A stretch of 64,000 nucleotides of DNA, from positions 64,001 through 128,000 of IMG/VR virus record IMGVR_UViG_3300028591_000079; one strand, given 5' to 3'. This document shows positions 19,457 to 28,366 of this stretch, piece by piece. Within the stretch, counting starts at the first letter, position 1, and each line of letters begins with the position of its first letter. Both the position numbers and the translations under genes were made by a program. Origin of the DNA: a virus (taxonomy: Duplodnaviria > Caudoviricetes). The notes below the pieces were generated by a model, which did no database searches, was not told the DNA's origin, and worked only from the letters and a program-made list of their open reading frames with translations.

Positions 19457-20194
19457 ATGGTGATAAATGAAGAAAAACATATTGTAAAGCATAATGAAGA
19501 CTTAGGATGGCTATTTGGTTTACCTGAGGGTGTTTTGTATGTATATTATGGTGGTTTGATATTTTTGAATTACGGTTGGTTTCACGAGATGGATAATTGT
19601 GGCAGGCCTGTAATAAACAACATGACGATTAGTGAAGTTGTAAGATTAATAAAAAGTGATACGGGATTAGTAGAGAGGATAGAATGTTTGAGTAAGGGCG
19701 TTATAAGAGACTATTATGACGCAAATGAGATGTTATCAAAGCACAAGAAATTATTAAGCAAGTACGGAATAAAAGAATTAGAGCCTGTTGTTGATGGACA
19801 TTCTTTTGTTATTAAGTTGTGGTTTGAAGATTTTGAAAACGACAGTATGTTTAGGTTTTATTTTAGGACCAGTGGGAGTTATATGGATGGAAGGGTATTA
19901 TTAAAGCTTTTGGGTAGGATAGTTGACAAAGGTGAAGACGGGGTAAAAGAATACAATAAGTGGTTAGAATTTGCACGGTTATTGAAGAAATTTGATATTG
20001 AGATTGGGTGGTTTAATTATTTTAGGTTAGAAGGTGATAATATAGTATTTAAGGGAAAAGACTGGAGATTGGATTGGTGTACTGATTTTGAAAAGAAGCT
20101 GATAAGTATATGTGAGAAGGATAAGGGTAATAATTATAGGATGAGGTGTGGTAGTATTGAAGAATTTGATGCATTATTGGAGTTATTAACGTGA
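19457..20194 (+). CDS. hypothetical protein, LL-helix array (long class)
   Basis: ends GSIEEFDALLELLT. Confidence 0.75.
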   Translation: MVINEEKHIVKHNEDLGWLFGLPEGVLYVYYGGLIFLNYGWFHEMDNCGRPVINNMTISEVVRLIKSDTGLVERIECLSKGVIRDYYDANEMLSKHKKLLSKYGIKELEPVVDGHSFVIKLWFEDFENDSMFRFYFRTSGSYMDGRVLLKLLGRIVDKGEDGVKEYNKWLEFARLLKKFDIEIGWFNYFRLEGDNIVFKGKDWRLDWCTDFEKKLISICEKDKGNNYRMRCGSIEEFDALLELLT

Positions 20195-20541
20195 TATATA
20201 AAAACACTGGAGCTGTTGTAGATTTTAGCAGTGGTTATCCTGAGACTGTTGGGAGACATTGGATTTATTGTAACAGGAATGAAAGAAGGATAACTGAATT
20301 CAAGAACCTATATAGTTCAAATGGGATAAATTGGTATGCTATTGGTTTTGAGAGTTGTGTTTCTGAGGATGTTGGAGAAAATGATGCAATAGAAAAGTGT
20401 AGTTTATGGGAATTATTTAAATGTAAGAAGGTTTTTGATGATGCTGGATTTGTAAGTTTTTGTCATGGTTTTGAGAACATATTTGACATTTTGGATAACA
20501 TAGAAGATAAAAGTGCGATATTGGAAGGGTTATTGAGATGA
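20191..20541 (+). CDS. hypothetical protein, LL-helix array
   Basis: 4-nt overlap; ends AILEGLLR. Confidence 0.7.
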   Translation: MIYKNTGAVVDFSSGYPETVGRHWIYCNRNERRITEFKNLYSSNGINWYAIGFESCVSEDVGENDAIEKCSLWELFKCKKVFDDAGFVSFCHGFENIFDILDNIEDKSAILEGLLR

Positions 20542-21236
20542 ATTGGGAAAAAATTGTAAAATATATTGAATCAGGGTATTATAAGAAAGATTTGAAGGCA
20601 GCCAAGGAAATTAGCGGATGGCTGGATGTAAGTTATAGGTTTGATTTATGCTCTGGGTGTATTATAGTTGGCGAAAATAATAGAGTTGATATTTTTGATA
20701 CGATGTTTAGGGTTGAAAATTATAAAATAGAACAAATAGAAAAACTGAAAGAGGTTATAGAAGGTTGGGATGATGTAATAAAAGAAATAAAGATTATAAT
20801 GGGGAACCAAGAATATCAAAAACTAATTGAGAAAAAAAGAGGGCATATAGAATTTAATAGGTATGCTAGTGATGGGCGAACTTTAGATTATATAGAATTG
20901 AAATGGGATAAGTCTTTGGTTGATTATATGTTGGGTTTGGATATTATTGGTAATGATTCTATAATTGAGCAGACGGAGGCTATAAACAATATTGATGATG
21001 AATTATATGCAGTTGGGGCGGTTTTTTGTAATCATTTGAAATCAGTGCTCTTTAGTAGATATTTTATATTAAAGAAAGACCCTGGAACTGGCAAATATTG
21101 TATAAAGTTTGAGTATAGCGATAAATTAAAATTGGAGAGTGTAGATCAAAAGCTTAGTATGTTGTTTGGTAATAGGAATAAGTTGTATGTAAAAAATGCA
21201 GAAGAGTTAGATGTTTTGATGGGGTTGATAGAATAA
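20538..21236 (+). CDS. hypothetical protein, LL-helix array (long class)
   Basis: ends NAEELDVLMGLIE. Confidence 0.75.
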   Translation: MNWEKIVKYIESGYYKKDLKAAKEISGWLDVSYRFDLCSGCIIVGENNRVDIFDTMFRVENYKIEQIEKLKEVIEGWDDVIKEIKIIMGNQEYQKLIEKKRGHIEFNRYASDGRTLDYIELKWDKSLVDYMLGLDIIGNDSIIEQTEAINNIDDELYAVGAVFCNHLKSVLFSRYFILKKDPGTGKYCIKFEYSDKLKLESVDQKLSMLFGNRNKLYVKNAEELDVLMGLIE

Positions 21237-21545
21237 ATGTTAGAGCGTATACCATTTATTTTTAAAATACTAGAAGCCTATAAGGATGAAACCTATGGGA
21301 ATTATTGGCTAAGGGTAAAATTGACTTTAGACGGATCAGAGCACGTAATGAGTTTGACAGAAGAAGATAAGCGTGTAATATTTTTTCAGAGCACAACCAC
21401 AGAATCCTCTCAAGAAGTGTTAGAAAAAGCAAGAAAAGACTTTAGAAAATTGGAAAAATTGAGAACCAGAAAGAATGATTTTACAATAGAAAGCACAGGT
21501 AAGGCAAAAAAAATCATAAAGGTATTAGAGGAGTTGTTGGTATGA
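21237..21545 (+). CDS. hypothetical protein, LL-helix array
   Basis: ends KVLEELLV. Confidence 0.7.
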   Translation: MLERIPFIFKILEAYKDETYGNYWLRVKLTLDGSEHVMSLTEEDKRVIFFQSTTTESSQEVLEKARKDFRKLEKLRTRKNDFTIESTGKAKKIIKVLEELLV

Positions 21546-21814
21546 TAATTTTTATAAGAGATGTTTTAGATATAGAGTTTGATAGTGAATTAAATGTTGT
21601 TTGGTATGTTATAAGAAATATCCATCAAACCCAAGTCACAGAATATATTAAAGTTTCATACAGCAGCAATCATCCTTTATTATATTGTCCACTTTCTATG
21701 GATTATAACCCCCCAGCAAAATCGTTATCTAAAAAAGTTATTATTGTATTAGATGGTGAAAATGGATATATTGAAGATTTTTATATGTGGCTGGAAAAAA
21801 TCTTGTCAAACTAA
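21542..21814 (+). CDS. hypothetical protein, LL-helix array
   Basis: ends WLEKILSN. Confidence 0.7.
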   Translation: MIIFIRDVLDIEFDSELNVVWYVIRNIHQTQVTEYIKVSYSSNHPLLYCPLSMDYNPPAKSLSKKVIIVLDGENGYIEDFYMWLEKILSN

Positions 21815-21853
21815 TTAAAAGATGTTATTATAATTTGGAAATGGAGAGTAAAT

Positions 21854-22714
21854 ATGGAAATAAAAGATAAAATTTTAGAAATATTGATTTTTATGACTTT
21901 TGGAAATGATCCTAAGTATTTGTTTTCTGTTTCAAATATTGAAGATAATGCTAAAAGTTGTTATATTGGTATTTCTAATGTTTTATGGTATAATTCAGAT
22001 GTTTGGGGTAATGCTAATGGTAAGTTTATAGAAAATGGCAGACTTTCTTATAAAGATGAATATGAACAATTTTGTAAAGACTGGGTAGAAAGTTTTTTGA
22101 GCGATATAAGAGTTCGTTTGTTTTATCCTAATTCTGTATATAAATATTCTAGTGTGTATGATTATTTGAGAAAGTTACACAATAAATATGTTGCAAGCAT
22201 TGATTTAAATGCAAAATTTGAAAGAGAATTTCCAGAATTATATAGCCTTTGTAATTTTGTTTTTGATGTTTGTGGTAATGTTGGAGAAGAAACTGTTGGT
22301 GTTTTTAATGTTGGAAGAGAAAGTCCATTGTATTTATTAGATGATTATGAGTGGCTTGAACACGAAAAAATAATCAAAATAGATGAAAATGGTTGTGTTG
22401 ATCTTGGAAGCTTTTATCAGTTTATACAAAGACTAGAAGATAATAAAGATAAAATTCAATTAGCAAAATTATTTAATGATTATGCAGGAGAAAACGTAAC
22501 ATGTAGTAAAAGAATCGTAAAGCTTGATGGTGGCGTATATGAGTTTTCTTTTTTGAGTTGGGATCTGTGGAAAAATAAAGAAATAGAATGGCTAGAACAG
22601 ATAGGAGAAATAAAAAAAGAGCCTGGGTATTTTACTTCGTTTACTAATTTGGTTATAACTGGAACATATGAAGAAATTGAAACTATGTTGGAACTTGTAA
22701 AAGGTGGAAAATAA
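21854..22714 (+). CDS. hypothetical protein, LL-helix array (long class)
   Basis: ends GTYEEIETMLELVKGGK. Confidence 0.75.
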   Translation: MEIKDKILEILIFMTFGNDPKYLFSVSNIEDNAKSCYIGISNVLWYNSDVWGNANGKFIENGRLSYKDEYEQFCKDWVESFLSDIRVRLFYPNSVYKYSSVYDYLRKLHNKYVASIDLNAKFEREFPELYSLCNFVFDVCGNVGEETVGVFNVGRESPLYLLDDYEWLEHEKIIKIDENGCVDLGSFYQFIQRLEDNKDKIQLAKLFNDYAGENVTCSKRIVKLDGGVYEFSFLSWDLWKNKEIEWLEQIGEIKKEPGYFTSFTNLVITGTYEEIETMLELVKGGK

Positions 22715-22716
22715 AG

Positions 22717-23418
22717 ATGATGTTTATAAATGTTCTCGTTTTTGTTGTAACTTTTGGTGTTTGTTTTTATATTGCAAAAAGAGATAAAAGAAATAGAAAC
22801 ATAAAAGCAACTTCGGCAAAAATCATGGCAGTAATAGTGGACATGGCTTACCACGGAGACGAATTTGCAAGTTGTTTAAGTATAGATGATCTTATTATTG
22901 ATCTAAAAGTAAAGGCTAGATATGACTTTTTAGATTATTTTGAATGGGATAAAAAATTGACAATTGACAGCGAAGATTCCAGTGCGTTTTGGAAAAAGTA
23001 TGAAGAAGAAAAAAGAAGGTTCAAATCAGATAGAAGATATAAAATATACAAACTCTTTCTAAAAAATCTAACCCGTCATGGGAAAATTATTGTTTTAGAT
23101 GATGGTAGTGTTTATTTGGTTGTTTATAAATACTATTATAATCCTGGTGGAGTGGTGTTGAATTATACATCTTGGCCTAATTCAGCTACTTGTATTGCTT
23201 TAGGCGGCGGTGGAGGAGGAGGCGGTTTTTATTATTTAAATGCGCCAGATTTGAAAAGGAATGACAAATTGAAATGTGAAGGGTTTGAAAAAATAAGACA
23301 AATATGGCACAATACAATAGAAGAAAGAACACACACAATATTTATAATCAAAGAAAACGAGATAGATGATTTTTATAGTATGTGTGAGCTAATATGTGGA
23401 GAAGAACTATCATGGTAA
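22717..23418 (+). CDS. membrane-anchored hypothetical protein with poly-Gly tract
   Basis: N-terminal hydrophobic helix; ends DDFYSMCELICGEELSW. Confidence 0.7.
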   Translation: MMFINVLVFVVTFGVCFYIAKRDKRNRNIKATSAKIMAVIVDMAYHGDEFASCLSIDDLIIDLKVKARYDFLDYFEWDKKLTIDSEDSSAFWKKYEEEKRRFKSDRRYKIYKLFLKNLTRHGKIIVLDDGSVYLVVYKYYYNPGGVVLNYTSWPNSATCIALGGGGGGGGFYYLNAPDLKRNDKLKCEGFEKIRQIWHNTIEERTHTIFIIKENEIDDFYSMCELICGEELSW

Positions 23419-23933
23419 TAAAAGAGCAAAATAAAAAAAGTAAAGTATGGTTTGTGGTGGCATGTGAAGAAGAATTTTATATGCCAGATGTTAATATTGT
23501 TTATACTGGAGTTGGTAAGGTAAGAGCTACAATGGCTACACAACACATTATAGACAAATATCAACCAGAAAAAATTATAAATATTGGGACTGCTGGTTGT
23601 ATTAGTGAGTCTTTATGCTTCAATGTTTTTCGTATTGGTAAGATTGTTGAAAGAGATTATGATACAAAAGATGGTAAAATCAATGAAATAGTCTTGGATG
23701 GCAATGTTGTTTTGGGCACCGGAGATAGCTTTGTGGAAGATTGGACTGGTTTGAATTTTTCTTTAGTAGATATGGAAGGGTATGCTGTTGGTTATGTATG
23801 TAAAGAAAATAATATAAAGTTCGAATGTTATAAATATGCAAGTGATACGGGAAATATGGAAAGTTGGGAAAAAAGTTTAGAAGGATGCAATAAAACATTT
23901 GTGGATCTAATTAAAAGCAGTAAAATAGGATAA
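23412..23933 (+). CDS. mtnN: MTA/SAH nucleosidase-like (PNP/UDP family)
   Basis: TGVGKVRA, INIGTAG, GTGDSFV, VDMEGYA, KYASD motifs. Confidence 0.85.
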   Translation: MVIKEQNKKSKVWFVVACEEEFYMPDVNIVYTGVGKVRATMATQHIIDKYQPEKIINIGTAGCISESLCFNVFRIGKIVERDYDTKDGKINEIVLDGNVVLGTGDSFVEDWTGLNFSLVDMEGYAVGYVCKENNIKFECYKYASDTGNMESWEKSLEGCNKTFVDLIKSSKIG

Positions 23934-24731
23934 ATGAAAAAAGCTATAAATATTTTTGATCTAATAGAAGAAGTAAACAAGGACTTGGGAGAGGACTTGT
24001 TGTTTGCTGTTGTACCAGAAAATGATATTAGTGTTTATGTTATGGTTGCAGATAAAAAAATTGGTAAACAACAAAAACTAATAATAAGCTCAAAATATGA
24101 TATGTTTACCAAAAAAGATGATATACTACGCGCTAAAAAAAGAATTGTAAGTGTTTTGATTCCTTTTGGTTTTATATCTTTAGCAAATCCATATGAACAA
24201 TTTCTATCAAAGGCAAAACAACAAGTGAGTAAAATTAGAAACTTCTCAAAAACAAAAGATTATTTAGAATCCAGATATGGCATAGAATTTGGTCATTATG
24301 CTTGTATGGGAAATTCTTTAGATTGTTTTGTTGTTTTTCCAAAATTAGAGTGTAGAATGAATCCAATGTTTAAGTTTACCATGTATTATAGTCTTTTATT
24401 TGATGGTGATAAGATAAGCGAAAAAAGTTTGAAATCTTATTGTAGAAAAATGGATAAAGTAATAACGAGAATGAAATGTTTGTCTGCGGCTTTTGATAAT
24501 TGTGAGTTGATGTGGAATGGTAAAAACTTTTATAAACACTGTACAATAAAAAGAAGTGGTTTTGGAGATTGGATTATAAAGTTTCCGTATATTGATAAGT
24601 ATTTTGCTGCTCAAGGCATCAATGATATAAAAAAACTGATAAAAATATATCACTATAAAGACACAGACTATTGTATATGGAGAGGATCAACACCAGAAGA
24701 ATTTACTACAATGAGGGAATTACTGAAATGA
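23934..24731 (+). CDS. hypothetical protein, LL-helix array (long class)
   Basis: ends GSTPEEFTTMRELLK. Confidence 0.75.
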   Translation: MKKAINIFDLIEEVNKDLGEDLLFAVVPENDISVYVMVADKKIGKQQKLIISSKYDMFTKKDDILRAKKRIVSVLIPFGFISLANPYEQFLSKAKQQVSKIRNFSKTKDYLESRYGIEFGHYACMGNSLDCFVVFPKLECRMNPMFKFTMYYSLLFDGDKISEKSLKSYCRKMDKVITRMKCLSAAFDNCELMWNGKNFYKHCTIKRSGFGDWIIKFPYIDKYFAAQGINDIKKLIKIYHYKDTDYCIWRGSTPEEFTTMRELLK

Positions 24732-25105
24732 AAACTAAAGAACCTAAATTTGATACAGGTAAAGAGTTGATGGAGTGGAGAAGATCTTATGTCAAAAACT
24801 GGCTCAAAGAACACCATCCGGCCCTTACTTGCACCTACAGAAAAACAAAATTCGGTGGTGAAGACCTGTGGATATGTTTAAACTCTTATTTGAGTGATGA
24901 TGAAATAATGTTTGGAATTCAGTGTCCAGAGTATGCCAAAGACTCAAAAAGCATCATAGGCAATACAATAATTATGGGCGGTGTGAACTCTTTTACAGCT
25001 CCAGTTATGTGTGAAAGAATTGAGAAGCGCATAAAAAAATACGGTAATTATAATGCTTTATGTTTTTTGGATTCAGTTGTAAAAAGATCTGGCAAATATT
25101 ATTAA
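24728..25105 (+). CDS. hypothetical protein (start MKTKE)
   Basis: ATGA overlap with upstream stop. Confidence 0.65.
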   Translation: MKTKEPKFDTGKELMEWRRSYVKNWLKEHHPALTCTYRKTKFGGEDLWICLNSYLSDDEIMFGIQCPEYAKDSKSIIGNTIIMGGVNSFTAPVMCERIEKRIKKYGNYNALCFLDSVVKRSGKYY

Positions 25106-25124
25106 ATGTGGTAGAATATAAATC

Positions 25125-25451
25125 ATGAAAATAAATGTACAGAAATATTTATCAATGCATGACTCGGTGGTAAAAGAAATATTGGATAAAACTGATATTC
25201 CTTTTGCCAGGGTTGAGACTACTTGGTTTAGAAAAGGACAACAGCATAGATATAAAGGTAAAATGCTAAAAATCGAATGTGAAGAACCTATTTTGATCTC
25301 TAGTTATATTGATCTTGGTGATGGTAGAACTTTGAGAATTAGTAATCATGAAAAAAAACAAGGACTACCACCGGCTATGTTGAATTGTGTTTATGAATGG
25401 CAGACTGGAAAAATAGACAATAAAGTGTTGAAAAAAATAATAGGAGACTAA
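25125..25451 (+). CDS. hypothetical protein (SxY...LRISNH motif)
   Basis: promoter upstream; motif recalled from polyvalent-protein-associated domains. Confidence 0.65.
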   Translation: MKINVQKYLSMHDSVVKEILDKTDIPFARVETTWFRKGQQHRYKGKMLKIECEEPILISSYIDLGDGRTLRISNHEKKQGLPPAMLNCVYEWQTGKIDNKVLKKIIGD

Positions 25452-25452
25452 A

Positions 25453-26106
25453 ATGAAAAAAACATTTAGTAATATTTGGTATAGTATACGTTCTTTTTTG
25501 TGGAAGATAACACCCAAATATCAAGATAGAAGTATATTTACTAAAGAATATTGGGAAATGTGGAAAGATAGACGTAAACAAGGATTTGATGTTTCGGACA
25601 CTTGGAGTCTTGATTATACTTTTACTAAATTTATAGCTCCAAGACTTAATGCTTTTGCTTATACTTATGATTTAGGCAGACTGAGTGTTCCAAATGAAAT
25701 TTTAGATGAAGAACAAAGAGTATCTATCAATAAAGGTTATGAATGGGACGCAATGAAACATCAATTAGTTAATAAAAAAGAAAGACAAAGATGTTGGGAT
25801 AGAGCAATAAAACGCTGGACAAATATCTTACACGAAATGGCTGACGGTTTTAATGATATGAAATTGGAAGAAGATGATTGGGATGCTTGGAGAAAAAAAT
25901 GGGAACCTGTAGCAAATAAATGGAATAAAAAAATACAAAAAGCAAAAACCGTTCAGGAAAAACAAGCAATCTGGAATCAAGTAGGAACATGGAGAAAATA
26001 TGATAATCGTAGTTCCTTTGGTATAAATGTAGATGATGTTGTTTGGGCTATGCGTGAGAGATCTATGGACTTATTCAGAAAATATTATCATTGCTTGTGG
26101 TGGTAA
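25453..26106 (+). CDS. conserved phage hypothetical protein (DTWSLDYT...LWW)
   Basis: AGGAG RBS; motif typical of large-phage proteins. Confidence 0.75.
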   Translation: MKKTFSNIWYSIRSFLWKITPKYQDRSIFTKEYWEMWKDRRKQGFDVSDTWSLDYTFTKFIAPRLNAFAYTYDLGRLSVPNEILDEEQRVSINKGYEWDAMKHQLVNKKERQRCWDRAIKRWTNILHEMADGFNDMKLEEDDWDAWRKKWEPVANKWNKKIQKAKTVQEKQAIWNQVGTWRKYDNRSSFGINVDDVVWAMRERSMDLFRKYYHCLWW

Positions 26107-26168
26107 AATGTCTTGTCAAAATAATTAAATAATACTACAATATAAGAGTCAAAACAAAGGAGTAAAAA

Positions 26169-26720
26169 ATGGATAATAAAATAAAACTTACATTGTTGTT
26201 GGTCTTTTGGGCTCTTATATTTTTTATTGTTGGTATTGGTGTTTCTGCTAGAGCTAATGCAAACAATATGGCTTTTCAATATGGTGTCTTGTATCCTCAA
26301 TATGTTAGAAATGCAAATTGTGAAATAGAAAAAATCTTAGTAGAAAAATCTCAAAAGAAAATGCACCTAATTGATTGTAATGGTAATGTAGTCAAGTCTT
26401 ATAATGTGGTAACTGGTAAAAACAAAGGCGCTAAACAATGTGATGGCGATAAAAAAACTCCAGAAGGCACTTACCATATTATAGAAAAACGTGACTCTAA
26501 ATATTATAAATTCTTGGCTTTAGATTATCCACAAGCTAAGGATATAAAAAAAGCAAAAGAATTAGGATGTAAGCCAGGAGACTCAATCGGTATTCATGGT
26601 TGGATTGAAGGACTTCCACTTGATGGTTCTCTTGGGTGTGTGCGGGTTATGACCAAAGAAGAAATATTAGAAATTGAAAAAATGGTAAAAGTAGGAACAG
26701 AAGTAGAGATAGTTAAATAA
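26169..26720 (+). CDS. L,D-transpeptidase (YkuD family), signal-anchored
   Basis: GDKKTPEG, LDYP, IGIHG...SLGCVR; N-terminal TM. Confidence 0.9.
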   Translation: MDNKIKLTLLLVFWALIFFIVGIGVSARANANNMAFQYGVLYPQYVRNANCEIEKILVEKSQKKMHLIDCNGNVVKSYNVVTGKNKGAKQCDGDKKTPEGTYHIIEKRDSKYYKFLALDYPQAKDIKKAKELGCKPGDSIGIHGWIEGLPLDGSLGCVRVMTKEEILEIEKMVKVGTEVEIVK

Positions 26721-26762
26721 TTTTTCTTGACTTTGTAGTTCTATTAGATTATCATAATCATT

Positions 26763-26838
26763 GGGGTTGTAGCTCAGTTGGTAGAGCACCTGCTTTGCAA
26801 GCAGGGGGTCGTCAGTTCGAGTCTGATCAGCTCCACCA
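26763..26838 (+). tRNA. trnA: tRNA-Ala(TGC)
   Basis: cloverleaf, G3:U70, encoded CCA. Confidence 0.97.
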
Positions 26839-26840
26839 GT

Positions 26841-26914
26841 GGTCCTGTCGTCTAAAGGAAGGACACCACCCTTTCAAGGTGAGAATGCGGTCTCGGGATC
26901 CGCCAGGACTACCA
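26841..26914 (+). tRNA. trnE: tRNA-Glu(TTC), atypical T-arm
   Basis: GGTCCTG/CAGGACT acceptor, loop CTTTCAA, CCA. Confidence 0.88.
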
Positions 26915-26921
26915 TTTTTAT

Positions 26922-26997
26922 TCCCGCTTAGCTCAATGAGTAGAGCATCTGACTGTTAATCAGAAGGTTGTTGGGGCGGAGCCAACAGCGGGAGCCA
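26922..26997 (+). tRNA. trnN: tRNA-Asn(GTT)
   Basis: TCCCGCT/AGCGGGA, loop CTGTTAA, G73, CCA. Confidence 0.93.
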
Positions 26998-26998
26998 C

Positions 26999-27074
26999 GC
27001 CTGTGTAGCACAATTGGTAGTGCATCCGATTTGTAATCGGAAGGTTGGCGGATCATGCCCGTCCACAGGCACCA
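26999..27074 (+). tRNA. trnT: tRNA-Thr(TGT)
   Basis: GCCTGTG/CACAGGC, loop TTTGTAA, CCA. Confidence 0.93.
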
Positions 27075-27082
27075 TTTTTATT

Positions 27083-27168
27083 GGGTCACTATTCCACTAA
27101 AGACGTGGGGCGGACTGTAAATCCGTTATCTTTCGATTGGCCTGGAGCGTTACCAGGGTGGCCCACCA
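27083..27168 (+). tRNA. trnY: tRNA-Tyr(GTA)
   Basis: loop CTGTAAA, long variable arm, CCA. Confidence 0.9.
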
Positions 27169-27268
27169 TCATATTTTACCACATTTATATGTGGTATTTT
27201 TTATTAAATATTTCAAACATTAGTATGAAAAATAAGTTCTAATACTTATCCAGCAAAAGGTAAGTATT

Positions 27269-28159
27269 ATGTTTAATTGTAAATATTGTAATGAAAAATT
27301 TGAAAATGCCAAAAAAGTTGCAGCACATACAAAATGGTGCAAACAAAATCCAAATCGTGGGGTTGGGGTGTTGAAAATAAAACACAGATATTGTGCTATT
27401 TGTGGAAAAGAAATTTTTTGGAACAAAAAACACAGGAGTAAAGTGTGTGATAATGAAAATTGCAAAAAAGAAATAAGAAAACATACTGATGATTATAAAA
27501 AATCAATGTCTAAAAAAAGAAAAAAATGGCTAAAAGAACATCCAAATTTGCATCCATGGAAAAATAATAACAAATTTATATCAAAACCATGTGAACATTT
27601 AAAAAATATATTACAAAAAAACAATATTTTTTTTGAAAAAGAATTTTCGCCAATAGAAAACAGATTTTTTTCAATAGATATATTTATTCCATCTAAAAAT
27701 ATTGGATTAGAAGTGAACGGAAATCAACATTACACAAAAGATGGTAATTTAAAAAAATATTATCAAAACAGACATGATCTTATTGAAAAACATGGAATAA
27801 AATTAATAGAAATACATTATGCAATGGTTTATAATAATAATTTTATTGTTGATCTTTTGGGTTTTATAAATAATTTAAAAGAGATAAATATTGATCAATA
27901 TAAAAAAGATGTAAAATTATCTAAAAAACAAAAAATTATTGAACAAAAAAAATATAGAGAAAACAAAGCGAAGGAAAAAATACAAAAAAGAATTCAAAAA
28001 ATACAAAATATGAACATAAATTTTTCAAAATTTGGTTGGAACACCAAAGTGTCAAAAAATCTTCAAATTTCAAACACACAAGTAAGACGTTTTATGGAAA
28101 AATATATGCCAGAATTTTATTCAAAATGTTATAAAAGAAAAAGTTGTAAAAAAAATTAA
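27269..28159 (+). CDS. putative free-standing homing endonuclease (Zn fingers + Vsr/DUF559-like nuclease)
   Basis: CKYC...HxxxC, CAICG, IDIF...LEVNGNQH...RHD...LIEI; inside tRNA cluster. Confidence 0.8.
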   Translation: MFNCKYCNEKFENAKKVAAHTKWCKQNPNRGVGVLKIKHRYCAICGKEIFWNKKHRSKVCDNENCKKEIRKHTDDYKKSMSKKRKKWLKEHPNLHPWKNNNKFISKPCEHLKNILQKNNIFFEKEFSPIENRFFSIDIFIPSKNIGLEVNGNQHYTKDGNLKKYYQNRHDLIEKHGIKLIEIHYAMVYNNNFIVDLLGFINNLKEINIDQYKKDVKLSKKQKIIEQKKYRENKAKEKIQKRIQKIQNMNINFSKFGWNTKVSKNLQISNTQVRRFMEKYMPEFYSKCYKRKSCKKN

Positions 28160-28180
28160 ACATGCTATTATATAAATATA

Positions 28181-28255
28181 GCCCCTGTGGTGTAATAGAT
28201 AGCATTTATCTCTTCTAAAGATACGATCCTGGCGCACATCCAGGCAGGGGTGCCA
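28181..28255 (+). tRNA. trnR: tRNA-Arg(TCT)
   Basis: GCCCCTG/CAGGGGT, loop CTTCTAA, CCA. Confidence 0.92.
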
Positions 28256-28262
28256 GTTTTAT

Positions 28263-28347
28263 CCGTCTGTGGCGGAATTGGTAGACGCTCAGCACTAAGG
28301 ATGCTGTGGAGAAACCCGTGGGGGTTCAAGTCCCCCCAGACGGACCA
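28263..28347 (+). tRNA. trnL: tRNA-Leu(AAG)
   Basis: CAGCA-CTAAGGA-TGCTG arm, long variable arm, A73, CCA. Confidence 0.92.
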
Positions 28348-28366
28348 AAAACAAAGGAGAAGAATT

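Noticed and set aside
23203-23226. Phase-variable tract at the poly-Gly run
   Set aside because: Encoded by mixed GGC/GGT/GGA codons, not a homopolymer or perfect repeat.
27045-27242. 65-aa ORF, and the upstream extension of ORF 28250-28930
   Set aside because: They overlap tRNA-Thr/Tyr and tRNA-Leu; the real start of the second is 28367.
26763-28347. tRNA-associated HDV-like (theta) ribozymes
   Set aside because: The tRNAs encode CCA and are followed by very short spacers or AT-rich DNA with no such fold.
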